NCBI GenBank assembly: GCA_021840255.1
Contig: JAKBYX010000011.1
Coordinates: 3,015 to 67,014 of the forward strand
Reading direction: 5' to 3'
DNA: 64,000 nt
DNA from: Nitrospirota bacterium
GTDB lineage: Bacteria > Nitrospirota > Thermodesulfovibrionia > Thermodesulfovibrionales > JdFR-88
The notes beneath the pieces were generated by a model, which made no database searches, had not been told where the DNA came from, and saw only the letters and a list, made by a program, of their open reading frames with translations. Shown in pieces: positions 17,640 to 27,513 of this stretch. How positions within the stretch are numbered: the stretch's first letter is position 1; each line of letters begins with the position of its first letter. The translations under genes and the position numbers were made by a program.

Positions 17640-17812
17640 CCAGACACACCTCCATTTCGAACCAGGGATTTATCGGTCTTTCCAAACGGCCGGGCCGCCT
17701 GGAAGCTAAAAAACAAGGTAAACAAAAACCCGATGATCAAGGCATCTCCCTTCAGATCAAAAAACCGCGCAGGCGGGAGATGCGCCCCTGCCTTTTAAGG
17801 ATAAAATATAAC

Positions 17813-17841
17813 TCTATACTAGGTGCCCCGCTTCTTGTCAA
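17813..17841 (-). promoter_or_regulatory. Sigma70-type promoter of the dsrH-E-F-tusA operon
   Basis: Minus strand TTGACA-N17-TATAGA. Confidence 0.7.
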
Positions 17842-17972
17842 TAAAAAAACCTATAAAAAAGGTTTATAGCTTGATATTTCAAGCGCTTTTGAGATTCTTT
17901 GTGCTTGACTGCACTTATTGTTAACTGATAAATTATATTTCATTCAATGGGTTGAAAGGAGTTGATGACGGC

Positions 17973-18167
17973 ATGCCCTTCATAAGGGTGGGCGACGGGG
18001 AGTCCCTTGAAAACGCGCTCAAGAAGTTCAAAAAGCAGTGCGACCGCGAAGGAATCATTTCAGAGGTCAAGAAGCGCGAATTCTATGACAAGCCTAGCGT
18101 AAAAAAGAAGAAAAAGGCCATCGCGGCCCGTAAAAAAGCCTCAAAAAAACAAAGGCCTTCCAGATAA
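17973..18167 (+). CDS. rpsU: 30S ribosomal protein S21
   Basis: [30 protein letters not shown]. Confidence 0.95.
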   Translation: MPFIRVGDGESLENALKKFKKQCDREGIISEVKKREFYDKPSVKKKKKAIAARKKASKKQRPSR

Positions 18168-18207
18168 AAAGTTTTTTTAGAATACTTGTTTTTCAGGAAG
18201 GAAAACC

Positions 18208-18711
18208 GTGTCTCTGACAGAGAAGATCGACGGCGATTTGAAGGCGGCCATGAGGGCGTCCGACAAGCTCACGCTTGAGACCCTGAGAGGGGTGAAGTCT
18301 GCCCTAAAGTACAGGCAGATAGATAAGGGCGCCCCGCTTTCTGATGACGACGCCATAGCGGTGCTCTCCACCCTTTCCAAACAGCGCAGGGATTCTATAG
18401 AGCAGTTTCGGAAAGGGGGCCGGGAAGATCTCGCTCAAAAAGAGGAGGCCGAGCTCCAGATACTGAAGGGCTATTTGCCACCTGAGCTTGCCCCAGAGGA
18501 ACTTGACCGCCTTATTGCCCAGTCCATCAGCGAAAGCGGGGCAAGCGGCCCCCAGGACATGGGCAAGGTCATGCGCATACTTATGCCCAAGGCAAAGGGG
18601 GCGGATGGCAAACTGGTGGGCGAAAAGGTCAGGGCCGCGTTATCGGGAAGCGAAGCGGCCGGAAGGGGATCAGCGGAAAAGGAAGCGGCCAACAAGGAAG
18701 AAATAAAATGA
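18208..18711 (+). CDS. GatB/YqeY domain protein
   Basis: DLKAAMRA, KQRRDSIEQF.KGGREDLA, YLP..L, DMGKVM; usual neighbour of rpsU. Confidence 0.9.
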   Translation: MSLTEKIDGDLKAAMRASDKLTLETLRGVKSALKYRQIDKGAPLSDDDAIAVLSTLSKQRRDSIEQFRKGGREDLAQKEEAELQILKGYLPPELAPEELDRLIAQSISESGASGPQDMGKVMRILMPKAKGADGKLVGEKVRAALSGSEAAGRGSAEKEAANKEEIK

Positions 18712-19676
18712 AACTGAGAGATATATACGGGAAGGCTGTCGCCGCAGGCATGGAAAACGACCCACGGGGGAAAGAGTCCGTCTCCCTGTCCCTTGCCAAC
18801 CGGAAAAAAGAATACGATGCCCTGAAAGAAGAAGACAGGGCGTATTTTGACATGGAGTCCCTCTCGAACCCCTATGCCGACACAAGGGTACTCTCCGGAA
18901 CGGGAGAAGAAGATGTCCAAACGGTCATCGTGGGCATAGATATCGAGACTCCTGAGCTGCTTCTTGTTGACGCGCTTAAGGCCAGGGGAAGGCGGGTGGA
19001 TGCCGTGGTGGCCCATCATCCTGAGGGCAGGGCTTACGCCAATCTTTACCAGGTCATGGGGATGCAGTCGGACATCCTGAACAAGGCGGGAGTTCCGATA
19101 AACATCGCCGAAGACCTCATGGATGGCCGGGCAAAGGAGGTCCAAAGGAGGCTCATGCCGGTAAACCACACCCGCGCCTCCGATGCCGCAAGACTGCTTG
19201 GCATACCGTTTGCCTGTTTCCATACGGTGGCTGACAATATGGTAAGCACCTATCTGGAGAGGTTGTTCGAGGAGAAAAAGCCGGCCGTCCTTTCGGACGT
19301 CATGGACCTGCTCAAGGCGGTACCGGAATACAAAGAGGGACTCATGAACGGCTCCGGCCCCAACATACTCATAGGGTTTCCAAAAAGAAAGGCGGGCCGG
19401 ATCTACGTGGACATGACCGGCGGGACCGAGGGCTCCAAGGACATATTCCAGGGCATGGCCTCAAGCGGCATCGGTACTATCGTTGCGATGCACCTGAGCG
19501 AAGAGCACCGCAAAGAAGCCGAAAAAAACCACATAAATGTAGTCATCGCTGGCCACATAGCCAGCGACAACCTGGGTGTAAACCTCCTGTTCGACGAGAT
19601 AACAAGAGGGTCGTCCGACGGGGGCCTTGAAATAATCGAGTGCTCCGGTTTTAAAAGAGTAAGCAGGACCCAGTAA
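18708..19676 (+). CDS. NIF3 (NGG1-interacting factor 3)-like metal-binding protein
   Basis: DPRG, NPYADTR, VGIDIE, AHHPEG, HTVADN, DMTGGTEG, AGHIASDNLG. Confidence 0.85.
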   Translation: MKLRDIYGKAVAAGMENDPRGKESVSLSLANRKKEYDALKEEDRAYFDMESLSNPYADTRVLSGTGEEDVQTVIVGIDIETPELLLVDALKARGRRVDAVVAHHPEGRAYANLYQVMGMQSDILNKAGVPINIAEDLMDGRAKEVQRRLMPVNHTRASDAARLLGIPFACFHTVADNMVSTYLERLFEEKKPAVLSDVMDLLKAVPEYKEGLMNGSGPNILIGFPKRKAGRIYVDMTGGTEGSKDIFQGMASSGIGTIVAMHLSEEHRKEAEKNHINVVIAGHIASDNLGVNLLFDEITRGSSDGGLEIIECSGFKRVSRTQ

Positions 19677-19759
19677 AAAAATCCTGGCGCTTTTTTATGT
19701 GGTCTCCATAGACGAGCCAGCCCCCTTTTATTTTTTTAAAGTTCAACTATAATTTATAG

Positions 19760-21625
19760 ATGCCCCGCGACGTTATTGAAAGGCTTAAATCCAGGATCGA
19801 CATTGTGGATGTCCTGTCCGGGTACATAACCTTGAAGCGTGCCGGGCGGAACTATATGGCCCTCTGTCCTTTTCACAACGAAAAAACCCCTTCTTTTATG
19901 GTAAGCCCGGAGAAACAGATGTTTCACTGTTTCGGATGCGGCGCGGGAGGCGATGCGCTGGGATTTGTCATGAAATACGAGTCCATGGGGTTTTCGGAAG
20001 CGGTCAGGCTGCTGGCCGAAAAGGCGGGGCTGGACGCGGCGGATTTCGCCCCGGCTGGTGGAGGCGGCGCGGCGGGTCTTAAGAGACAGCTTGCCCCGGT
20101 TTTGAAGGAGGCCAGGGATTTTTATGCAAAGGGCCTCGAAGGAGGCTCTTTGGGTAAAAACGGGCCGGCAAGGCAATACCTTGAGAAAAGGGGTGTATCC
20201 GGGGAAAGCATAAAGAGGTTCGCCCTGGGCTATGCTCCCTCCGGGTGGGGGCAGCTCTTGGCCCATTTAATGAGGCTCGGTTTCAGCGAGGACCTTATCT
20301 TTTCTTCCGGTGTAGCCAGAAGGGGCCAAAGCGGGCAAAAAAAACTCTTTGACATGCTTAGGGACAGGATCGTATTCCCGATAGCTGCCGCTGACGGTCT
20401 GGTGATAGCTTTTGGGGGGCGGATCATGGATGCCCCCATCCATAAAGATGCCAGGGAAAATGCGGGCGGCGAAGCAACTCAGAAACAGCCGAAATATCTT
20501 AACACCGCCGATTCCCCGCTTTTTAAAAAGGGCGAGACCCTCTACGGGTTCGACCTGGCCAGGGATGCCGTACGGAAAAAGGAATATCTTGTCCTCTGCG
20601 AGGGGTATCTGGATGTGATCATGTGCCACCAGCATGGTTTTGAGAACGTGGCGGCCCCGCTTGGGACCGCTCTTACCCCGGCCCATTTAAGGAAGCTCAA
20701 GAGGTACGCGAACCGGCTTGTCCTGGTTTTTGACGGCGACGCGGCGGGCATCAGCGCGGCGAAAAGGGCCATTGCGCTGGCCCTTGAGCAGGACTTCCGG
20801 GTAAAGATCGCGATCATGCCTTCAGGCGAAGACCCGGACAGCCTTTTAAGGAGCAAAGGCCCAGTGGTTTTCAAAAAGGCGCTTGCGGCCTCACTGGGGC
20901 CGGTGCAGTTCATATTGAAGACGGCCAAAGGCCAGAGGGTGGATATCATAAAGGAAGCGATGGGGCTTCTGCACAGGGTCCAGGATACCATTGTCCGGGA
21001 GGAATTCATACGGGAACTCGCGGAGGCTGGGAAGATAAGGGAGCAGGCCATAAGGCAGGAGATGGAACGTCAGGGAGGAAATCAGGCAGTGGCCGGAGGG
21101 AGACATTCCGGCGCAAGAAATGATCTTTCCTCTGGCGCCCGGAAGATGTTCGGGCACACGGAGGAAACATTGCTTTTGAGCGTCTTTGTGAACGCCCCTG
21201 AAAAAAGGGCGCGGATAATAGAGGAAGCGGGGGCGCTGGATGAGATGGAGGACCCGCTTGTCAAGGCCCTTATACTGAAGCTTGGCGGTAATTCGGATGT
21301 GTCCGGGGCAGGCGTGCCAGAGGGGGCAATTGCCGCAGGGAGCGGTCCCGAAGGGTTTTTCCCGCTGGATCTTACCGGTGCGGCTGCCAGCGAATTTTCC
21401 CAGGAGGAGGTCACCCTTTTGACCAGGGTGTCCATACAGCCGGGGTTTTCGCCTGATGAGGCGGACGGCACCATTTCCGGATGTGTAAGGAAGATACGCC
21501 TGCGCGGCATTGAAAAAAGGATAGCCGAGGCTGGCAAAAAAGGAGACGTGAACCTTTTAAAAAACCTGTACAGGGACAAAGAGGCCATAAAAGGAGGAGA
21601 CCGGACGGATGGACAACGAATTTAA
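19760..21625 (+). CDS. dnaG: DNA primase
   Basis: [15 protein letters not shown] zinc finger, PKYLNT, EGYLDV, FDGD.AG TOPRIM, DPD. Confidence 0.97.
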   Translation: MPRDVIERLKSRIDIVDVLSGYITLKRAGRNYMALCPFHNEKTPSFMVSPEKQMFHCFGCGAGGDALGFVMKYESMGFSEAVRLLAEKAGLDAADFAPAGGGGAAGLKRQLAPVLKEARDFYAKGLEGGSLGKNGPARQYLEKRGVSGESIKRFALGYAPSGWGQLLAHLMRLGFSEDLIFSSGVARRGQSGQKKLFDMLRDRIVFPIAAADGLVIAFGGRIMDAPIHKDARENAGGEATQKQPKYLNTADSPLFKKGETLYGFDLARDAVRKKEYLVLCEGYLDVIMCHQHGFENVAAPLGTALTPAHLRKLKRYANRLVLVFDGDAAGISAAKRAIALALEQDFRVKIAIMPSGEDPDSLLRSKGPVVFKKALAASLGPVQFILKTAKGQRVDIIKEAMGLLHRVQDTIVREEFIRELAEAGKIREQAIRQEMERQGGNQAVAGGRHSGARNDLSSGARKMFGHTEETLLLSVFVNAPEKRARIIEEAGALDEMEDPLVKALILKLGGNSDVSGAGVPEGAIAAGSGPEGFFPLDLTGAAASEFSQEEVTLLTRVSIQPGFSPDEADGTISGCVRKIRLRGIEKRIAEAGKKGDVNLLKNLYRDKEAIKGGDRTDGQRI

Positions 21626-23057
21626 CAGCTTTATCGAGGAAGAGACCTTTGAGATCACGTCCGTTGAGACAGAGGAAGAGCACAAGACGGAAACAAATGA
21701 GGCGGTGGAGGGCGAATACGAGCCCATCAAGTTTTACTTAAGGGAGATGTCCAATGTCCCCCTCCTGAATAAAGAGGGTGAGGTGGCCATAGCCAGGCGG
21801 ATAGAATCCGCCAGGGAGAAACTCGCGAACGTCACTTTTTCCACGCCCTTTTGCATCGGGAAAATGGCGAGCCTGGGCGAACTGGTGGAGAAGGGAGAGG
21901 CCCCTTTCGCCGAGCTAATACAAAACGGTGAGGACATAGAGGAAGAAGACCTCCTGATGGAACGCAGGAAGTTTTACGAGCTTACCCAGGAACTGAAAAA
22001 GCTCCTTCGCAGGCTCAATGCCAGCAAGGCCAGGAGCACGGATGCCGGCAAGGCATCGAAGACGGCCGCAAAGATAGAGGCCGAAATGCGCCAGAAGATC
22101 AGCGGCCTTAACCTGAAGGAAGAGACCATAATTCTCTTTTCCGACGAGCTTGAAAGGCTTATGGGGAAGGCGATCGAGCTGGAAGACGTCCTGAAGCAGC
22201 AGAAGGGGGACAAAAAAAAGAAAAATGCGTTCGAGAAGAAAGAGCTGGAGCACCTTACCGAGACCTTCGGCATGGGTACCTCGGAGATAAGGGGAAAGGT
22301 CCGGCAGATAGAGGAGTCCGAAGAGGAGCTGATGGAATCCAAACGTCAGCTTATAGAATCGAACCTCAGGCTTGTCATAAGCATTGCCAAAAGATATATG
22401 GGCAAGGGCCTGAGCCTCCCGGACCTCATCCAGGAAGGCAACATAGGGCTGATGCGCGCCGTTGATAAATTCGAGTACCAGAGGGGTTACAAGTTCTCAA
22501 CTTATGCCACATGGTGGATAAGGCAGGCCATCACGCGCGCCCTTGCGGACCAGTCCCGCACGATCAGGATACCTGTGCACATGGTCGAGACCATAAACCG
22601 CATTACCAGGGTGTCAAGGGAACTGGTCCAGGAGTTTGGAAAAGAGCCGCAGCCGGAAGAGGTGGCCTCCCGACTCAAGATGCCTGCGGACAAGGTGAAA
22701 TCCATACTCAAGGTCGCCAAGGAGCCGATATCCCTGGAAACCCCTGTTGGTGAGGAGGAAGACAGCCATCTCAGGGATTTCATAGAGGACAAGGCCGCGC
22801 CTTCGCCGCTTGATGACGTGATACTGGATGACCTTAAAAAACAGATATCGAGGATAATAGCGTCCCTTAACAACAAGGAGCAGATAATCATAAAGAAGCG
22901 GTTTGGCATCGGGGACGACCCCCACACCCTGGAAGAGGTGGGCAAGGAGTTTTCGGTCACAAGGGAGAGGATAAGGCAGATAGAAGTGAAGGCCCTGAGA
23001 AAACTCAGGCACCCGTCCCGCAGCAAATGGCTCAGGGATTTCATGGAGAAGCCCTAA
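21609..23057 (+). CDS. rpoD: Primary sigma factor RpoD
   Basis: Region 1.2 [67 protein letters not shown]. Confidence 0.96.
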   Translation: MDNEFNSFIEEETFEITSVETEEEHKTETNEAVEGEYEPIKFYLREMSNVPLLNKEGEVAIARRIESAREKLANVTFSTPFCIGKMASLGELVEKGEAPFAELIQNGEDIEEEDLLMERRKFYELTQELKKLLRRLNASKARSTDAGKASKTAAKIEAEMRQKISGLNLKEETIILFSDELERLMGKAIELEDVLKQQKGDKKKKNAFEKKELEHLTETFGMGTSEIRGKVRQIEESEEELMESKRQLIESNLRLVISIAKRYMGKGLSLPDLIQEGNIGLMRAVDKFEYQRGYKFSTYATWWIRQAITRALADQSRTIRIPVHMVETINRITRVSRELVQEFGKEPQPEEVASRLKMPADKVKSILKVAKEPISLETPVGEEEDSHLRDFIEDKAAPSPLDDVILDDLKKQISRIIASLNNKEQIIIKKRFGIGDDPHTLEEVGKEFSVTRERIRQIEVKALRKLRHPSRSKWLRDFMEKP

Positions 23058-23067
23058 GAAAAATTCA

Positions 23068-23096
23068 GGAAAAGCCGCCAGCCTGGCGGCTTTTCC
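23068..23096 (+). terminator. Terminator after rpoD
   Basis: ggaaaagccgccag-c-ctggcggcttttcc. Confidence 0.75.
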
Positions 23097-23190
23097 CTTC
23101 CCGGTAGATCGTTCCGGTGCATAAAGACCCCTTTTAAGTTGACTCCCGGCAAGCTTAGCATTTAAAATAGAATTCCGATTTTTCTACGCA

Positions 23191-23263
23191 GGGCCCATAG
23201 CTCAGTTGGTAGAGCTACCGGCTCATAACCGGTTGGTCCCAGGTTCGAGTCCTGGTGGGCCCA
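23191..23263 (+). tRNA. tRNA with CAT anticodon, most likely tRNA-Ile2 (lysidine); CCA not encoded
   Basis: GGGCCCA/TGGGCCC acceptor stem, D arm GCTCAGTTGGTAGAGC, ACCGG-CTCATAA-CCGGT anticodon arm, GGTTCGAGTCC T arm; sits after dnaG-rpoD as ileX does; promoter TTGACT-N18-TAAAAT at 23139-23168. Confidence 0.93.
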
Positions 23264-23357
23264 TCTGAATTCCGTAACCGCTGCCTGCGCGGTGCGCTTG
23301 CAGTTTAGGTTTTTGTTTTGTTTTGTAAGGCCCCTATAACTGGAGGTATGCGCCACA

Positions 23358-24083
23358 TTGAACGCCCAGATTAAGCTTCTGATAGAACTGCAAGGGATGG
23401 ACAAGGCCATAATAGAAAAAAACTCCTTCATCGAGCAGGCTCCCAAAAGGATACAGGAAGGCGAAAAATCATCCCGCGGGGCCCGCGAGCTAATGGAGTC
23501 CGTCCGCAAGGAGCACGATTCCCTGCTGAAGCAGAAAAGGGACATGGACTCCGAGCTGGAGCAGATGAACCAGAAGATAGCGAAACTCAAGGCGCGGACT
23601 TCCGATATAAAAACGAACAAGGAGTACCAGGCGCACCTGAAAGAGATAGAAGCGGCTGAAAAAGAGGTCTTCAGGTACGAAGACGGCATCCTGGGGCTCA
23701 TGGAAAAGATAGAGGCCTCCGACAGGAATCTGAAGACGGCCGCAGCGGCCTCTAAAGAGGAAGAAGCAAAGGCGGAAGTGGTCAAGAAAAAGCTGGAAGG
23801 TGAAAGCGGGGAGTCCCGGAAGGAACTCTCCGTCCTTATGCAAAAGAGGGCTGATTTTGCCGGAAAGATCGAAACAGATGTCTATGAGCTTTACATGAAC
23901 CTGCTTGAAAAGCACGGCGGGATCGCCATCGCCAGGGTGAGGCATGAGATCTGCGGCGGGTGCAACATGAAGATCATGCCCCAGCTTTTCGTCCACGTAA
24001 AGGAAACGGACGAAATATATCAGTGCCCGCAGTGCGACAGGATCCTTTATTACGAAGAAGAGGCCGCTGAAGAGCCAGCCTAG
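23358..24083 (+). CDS. Coiled-coil protein with C4 zinc ribbon (DUF164/CT398-like)
   Basis: LIELQGMD, IKTNKEYQA, CGGCNM.IMPQ..CPQCDRILY; TTG start with GGAGG SD. Confidence 0.88.
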   Translation: MNAQIKLLIELQGMDKAIIEKNSFIEQAPKRIQEGEKSSRGARELMESVRKEHDSLLKQKRDMDSELEQMNQKIAKLKARTSDIKTNKEYQAHLKEIEAAEKEVFRYEDGILGLMEKIEASDRNLKTAAAASKEEEAKAEVVKKKLEGESGESRKELSVLMQKRADFAGKIETDVYELYMNLLEKHGGIAIARVRHEICGGCNMKIMPQLFVHVKETDEIYQCPQCDRILYYEEEAAEEPA

Positions 24084-24125
24084 TTTTTTGAAAAAAGAAA
24101 GAATTTGAAAGAAAGATAAGATGAG

Positions 24126-24560
24126 ATGAGAAAGGCCGTCATTTACTCTGACGGGGCCTCGAGCGGCAATCCGGGGAAGGCTGGCATCGGCGGGGTCATA
24201 AGCGTGGGGGCGGACACCTTCGAGTTCTCGCGGTCAATAGGCATCGCCACAAACAATGTCGCCGAATATTCAGCGCTTATTGAGGCGTTAAAAAAAGCGG
24301 TCGAGATGGGCGCCACCGAAGCCCAGATATTTCTGGATTCCGAGCTGGTCGTAAGGCAGATAAACGGCCAGTATAAAGTAAAGCATGAAAATATAAAGCC
24401 CCTTTATGAGAAAGCAAAATCGCTGCTTTCTTCCTTTGAGAAATTCTCCGTGAGGCACATCCCCAGAGAGCAAAACAAGAGGGCTGACGCGCTCTCCAAA
24501 GAAGGGGTAAACGCCTCATACTGCCCCCCGGGGGGGACCTTTAAACAGGGCCTCTTTTAA
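24126..24560 (+). CDS. rnhA: Ribonuclease HI family protein
   Basis: YSDGASSGNPG.AG, TNNVAEY, DSELVVRQ.NG.YKVK, HIPREQNKRADAL. Confidence 0.92.
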   Translation: MRKAVIYSDGASSGNPGKAGIGGVISVGADTFEFSRSIGIATNNVAEYSALIEALKKAVEMGATEAQIFLDSELVVRQINGQYKVKHENIKPLYEKAKSLLSSFEKFSVRHIPREQNKRADALSKEGVNASYCPPGGTFKQGLF

Positions 24561-24648
24561 AAATGGGCAGCGAGCGCACCCCGAAGGGCAAGCGAGCGAA
24601 TATGATAGATCGTGAAATCCTCACATTCGATGCCCGGAGGGCATAAAA
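24561..24648 (+). repeat. 88-bp structured direct repeat, copy 1 (upstream of cobU)
   Basis: 83/88 identical to 25861-25948, ungapped, offset 1300 bp. Confidence 0.95.
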
Positions 24649-25163
24649 TGGGTGAGTTTGTATTTGTCCTAGGCGGCGCAAGAAGCGGCAAAAGCTCTTT
24701 CGCCTTGGGGGAGGCCTCAAAGATCACTGGTAAAAAGGCCTTTGTCGCAACCATGGAACCCGGAGACGATGAGCTCAAAGCCCGAATAAGCGCCCACCGC
24801 ACGGAGAGGGGGCCTGAATGGGAGACCTTCGAGGAACCCCTGCATCTTACCCCCCTGCTGAAGAAGATCGGTAGCCAGTACGATGTCATCCTCCTGGACT
24901 GTCTTACTCTCTGGCTTTCAAACCTGATGCTGCTGAATGAAGACAGACCGCTTAAAGACGAGGCAGGGGAGCTGATAAAGGCGTTAAAAAAAACCGTTTG
25001 CCCCGTCTTTGCCGTTTCAAACGAAGTGGGCATGGGGATAGTGCCCGGCACGGGGCTTGGCAGGGCATTCCGGGATGAGGCAGGAAGGCTCAACCGCCTT
25101 ATGGCCGGGGTCGCGGACAGGGTGTATCTGGTAGTGGCCGGCCTGCCCCAGAGGATAAAATGA
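24648..25163 (+). CDS. cobU: Adenosylcobinamide kinase / adenosylcobinamide-phosphate guanylyltransferase
   Basis: VLGGARSGKS, RI..HR..R...W.T.EEP, LDCLTLWLSN, VSNEVGMGIVP, FRDEAGRLN, VAGLP. Confidence 0.95.
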   Translation: MGEFVFVLGGARSGKSSFALGEASKITGKKAFVATMEPGDDELKARISAHRTERGPEWETFEEPLHLTPLLKKIGSQYDVILLDCLTLWLSNLMLLNEDRPLKDEAGELIKALKKTVCPVFAVSNEVGMGIVPGTGLGRAFRDEAGRLNRLMAGVADRVYLVVAGLPQRIK

Positions 25164-25164
25164 A

Positions 25165-25905
25165 ATGACCCCTTTCAGCCTTTTTCTGATAAGGCACGGA
25201 CGGACCGGGCTTGAGGGCCGTTACAAGGGGCAGATCGATGTGCCCCTGACGGCCAGGGGTGTAAAAGACATGGAGGCCTCAGCCCTTGTCCTTAAAAAGA
25301 TGCTGAAAGGCAAAAAGATAGACGCCATCTACTCGTCCGATCTTACCCGGGCCATCCAGAGCGCTGACGTGATCATGGAGAGGTTGGATGTAAGGAGGGT
25401 GACCCGGATGGAGCTCCTGAGAGAAAGGGCGTTTGGCGAATGGGAGGGGATGCGTTTTGACGAGATAGAAAAAAAATACCCCAGGGAGTTCGCCAGGTGG
25501 GTAAGCGACCCGTTCGTCAACAATCCGGTAGGGGGTGAGACGAGCAGCATGGTCAAACGGCGCGCCCTTCGCGCCCTTAAAGAGATAATGGGGCCAGAAA
25601 AAAAATTGCCTGGGGGCAGGGTGGCCGCAATAGTATCTCATAATGGCATATTAAGGACGCTGCTTTGCCATTTCCTGGGCATGCCGTACAGGAACATATT
25701 CAGGGTCTCTCTTGATTTCGGCTGCCTGAGCCTTGTGGAGATCTACGAGGACAGGACCCCGGTCGTCAAATTCATGAACTATTCGCTGATGGATCAAACA
25801 AAAACAAAAACAAAAACAAAAATAAAAAACCCAATTGATCATATTTCAGGGGCGAAGCAAAAATGGACAGCGGGCGTAACCCGAAGGGCAAGCGAGCGAA
25901 TATGA
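25165..25905 (+). CDS. cobC: Histidine phosphatase, probable alpha-ribazole phosphatase
   Basis: LIRHG, DVPL, YSSDL.RA, LRE..FGEWEG, GGE, VSHNG; cobalamin gene context. Confidence 0.82.
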   Translation: MTPFSLFLIRHGRTGLEGRYKGQIDVPLTARGVKDMEASALVLKKMLKGKKIDAIYSSDLTRAIQSADVIMERLDVRRVTRMELLRERAFGEWEGMRFDEIEKKYPREFARWVSDPFVNNPVGGETSSMVKRRALRALKEIMGPEKKLPGGRVAAIVSHNGILRTLLCHFLGMPYRNIFRVSLDFGCLSLVEIYEDRTPVVKFMNYSLMDQTKTKTKTKIKNPIDHISGAKQKWTAGVTRRASERI

Positions 25906-25948
25906 TAGATCGTGAATTCCTCACATTCGATGCCCGGAGGGCATAAAA
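25861..25948 (+). repeat. 88-bp structured direct repeat, copy 2 (upstream of cobQ; contains the cobC stop codon)
   Basis: 83/88 identical to 24561-24648. Confidence 0.95.
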
Positions 25949-25950
25949 AG

Positions 25951-27513
25951 ATGACAAAAGGCGCAGCGGCCCGGACATTAAGGTCTCTCATGGTACTTGG
26001 CACTGGTTCCGGCGTCGGGAAAAGCCTTATTGTGACCGGCCTTTTGCGGATATTCTCAGACATGGGATTTGATGCCGCCCCCTTCAAGGCGCAGAACATG
26101 GCGCTGAACTGCTTCATAACGAGAGACGGGGGAGAGATAGGCCGGGCGCAGGCGTTGCAGGCCGAGGCCGCAAGGGTCGAGGCCTCGACGGACATGAACC
26201 CGATTCTCCTTAAGGCAACAGGGGATGCCGGCTGCCAGGTAATAGCGGATGGCCGGTCGATCGGCAACATGACCGCCCGCGAGTACTATGCGTACGGGGT
26301 CGAAGCCTGGCGGATAGTGACCTCCGCATACCAGAGGCTTGCTGGGAAGCATGAGCTGATCGTAATGGAGGGAGCGGGCAGCCCTTCCGAGATAAACCTG
26401 ATGGACAAGGATATCGTGAACATGAGGATGGCAAAGCATGCCGGCGCGCCGGCCCTCCTGGTGGGCGATATAGAAAAAGGAGGCGTGTTCGCCTCCCTTT
26501 ACGGGACTTTTTTGCTTCAGGGTGCAGACAGCGGCCTGATACGGGGCTTCATAATCAACAAATTCAGGGGCGACATGGACATACTTACCCCCGGCCTCCA
26601 TATGCTGGCAGAGAAGACCGGGATGCCCTGTCTGGGCGTCCTGCCGTATATGAAGCACTCCCTTTCTGAAGAAGACTCCCTGTCGCTTTCGGAAGCAAGC
26701 CGCGGTTTTTCCCCGGGCGGGAAGGCGTTGAGGATTGTTGTGGTCAGAAACCGCTTCATATCCAACTTCACGGATTTCGAGCCCCTCGCGCTTGAGCCCG
26801 ACGTGGAGGTCATATATTCGCTGAGACCAAGGGAGATCGAAGGGGCCGATCTTGTCATCATACCCGGCTCCAAGAACACAAGCAGAGACCTGCTTTTTCT
26901 CCGGCAGTCCGGCGTGGAGGCGTCAATAAAAGAAGCGGTGAAAAAGAGTGTCCCGCTTATAGGGATGTGCGGCGGTTTTCAGATGCTTGGGCATGCCATA
27001 AAGGACCCTTTTGGAGTTGAAAGCGAATTCAAGGAGATAAAAGGCATGGGGCTTCTGGATATCGAGACAGTGCTTGAGGACCCGAAAGTGACGACTCAAG
27101 TTGAAGTCATAGAAGCGGCCCAGGCAGAAGCGGGGCAGGTAAAGGACACAGAGGCGGGCAGGGCTGAAAAAACAAAAAAAGTAAAAATCACGGGTTATGA
27201 GGTCCATATGGGGCGCTCCACCGGGGACATCGGCCTGTTCAAGCTTAAACGCCTGGCAACCGGGGAGGCCGTTCTGGACGGGTCCAGAAAAGCGGGTGTC
27301 TGGGGCACTTACATTCACGGTCTGTTTGATAACGATGCCTTCCGGGGCAGGCTTCTAAACGGTTTAAGGGCGCGCGCGGGTTTGCCGGAAAGGGAGAAGC
27401 CTGTCAACTATAGCGCAATAAAGGAAGAAGGCATTAATGCCCTGGCGGACGCGATCAGGGACAACCTGGACATGCGCTATATCGAAAGTCTCATAAAGCG
27501 ATGCACAGAATAA
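25951..27513 (+). CDS. cobQ: Cobyric acid synthase CobQ/CbiP
   Basis: GTGSGVGKS, PFKAQNM, EIGRAQ, MNPILLK, EGAGSP.EIN, ISNFTDF, PGSKNT, CGGFQMLG, GYEVHMG, GTYIHGLFDN. Confidence 0.96.
   Translation: MTKGAAARTLRSLMVLGTGSGVGKSLIVTGLLRIFSDMGFDAAPFKAQNMALNCFITRDGGEIGRAQALQAEAARVEASTDMNPILLKATGDAGCQVIADGRSIGNMTAREYYAYGVEAWRIVTSAYQRLAGKHELIVMEGAGSPSEINLMDKDIVNMRMAKHAGAPALLVGDIEKGGVFASLYGTFLLQGADSGLIRGFIINKFRGDMDILTPGLHMLAEKTGMPCLGVLPYMKHSLSEEDSLSLSEASRGFSPGGKALRIVVVRNRFISNFTDFEPLALEPDVEVIYSLRPREIEGADLVIIPGSKNTSRDLLFLRQSGVEASIKEAVKKSVPLIGMCGGFQMLGHAIKDPFGVESEFKEIKGMGLLDIETVLEDPKVTTQVEVIEAAQAEAGQVKDTEAGRAEKTKKVKITGYEVHMGRSTGDIGLFKLKRLATGEAVLDGSRKAGVWGTYIHGLFDNDAFRGRLLNGLRARAGLPEREKPVNYSAIKEEGINALADAIRDNLDMRYIESLIKRCTE

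Noticed and set aside
17869-17884. GCTTGATATTTCAAGC as an FNR box
   Set aside because: Spacing is TTGA-N4-TCAA rather than the TTGA-N6-TCAA of FNR sites; kept only as an unassigned dyad
23191-23357. tRNA as the integration site of a genomic island
   Set aside because: No integrase, no duplicated tRNA 3' end seen in the window, and downstream genes are housekeeping
24561-24648. 88-bp repeat as a canonical cobalamin riboswitch, RNase P RNA or CRISPR repeat
   Set aside because: No B12-box motifs, no GAGGAAAGTCC rnpB signature, only two copies 1.3 kb apart and no cas genes
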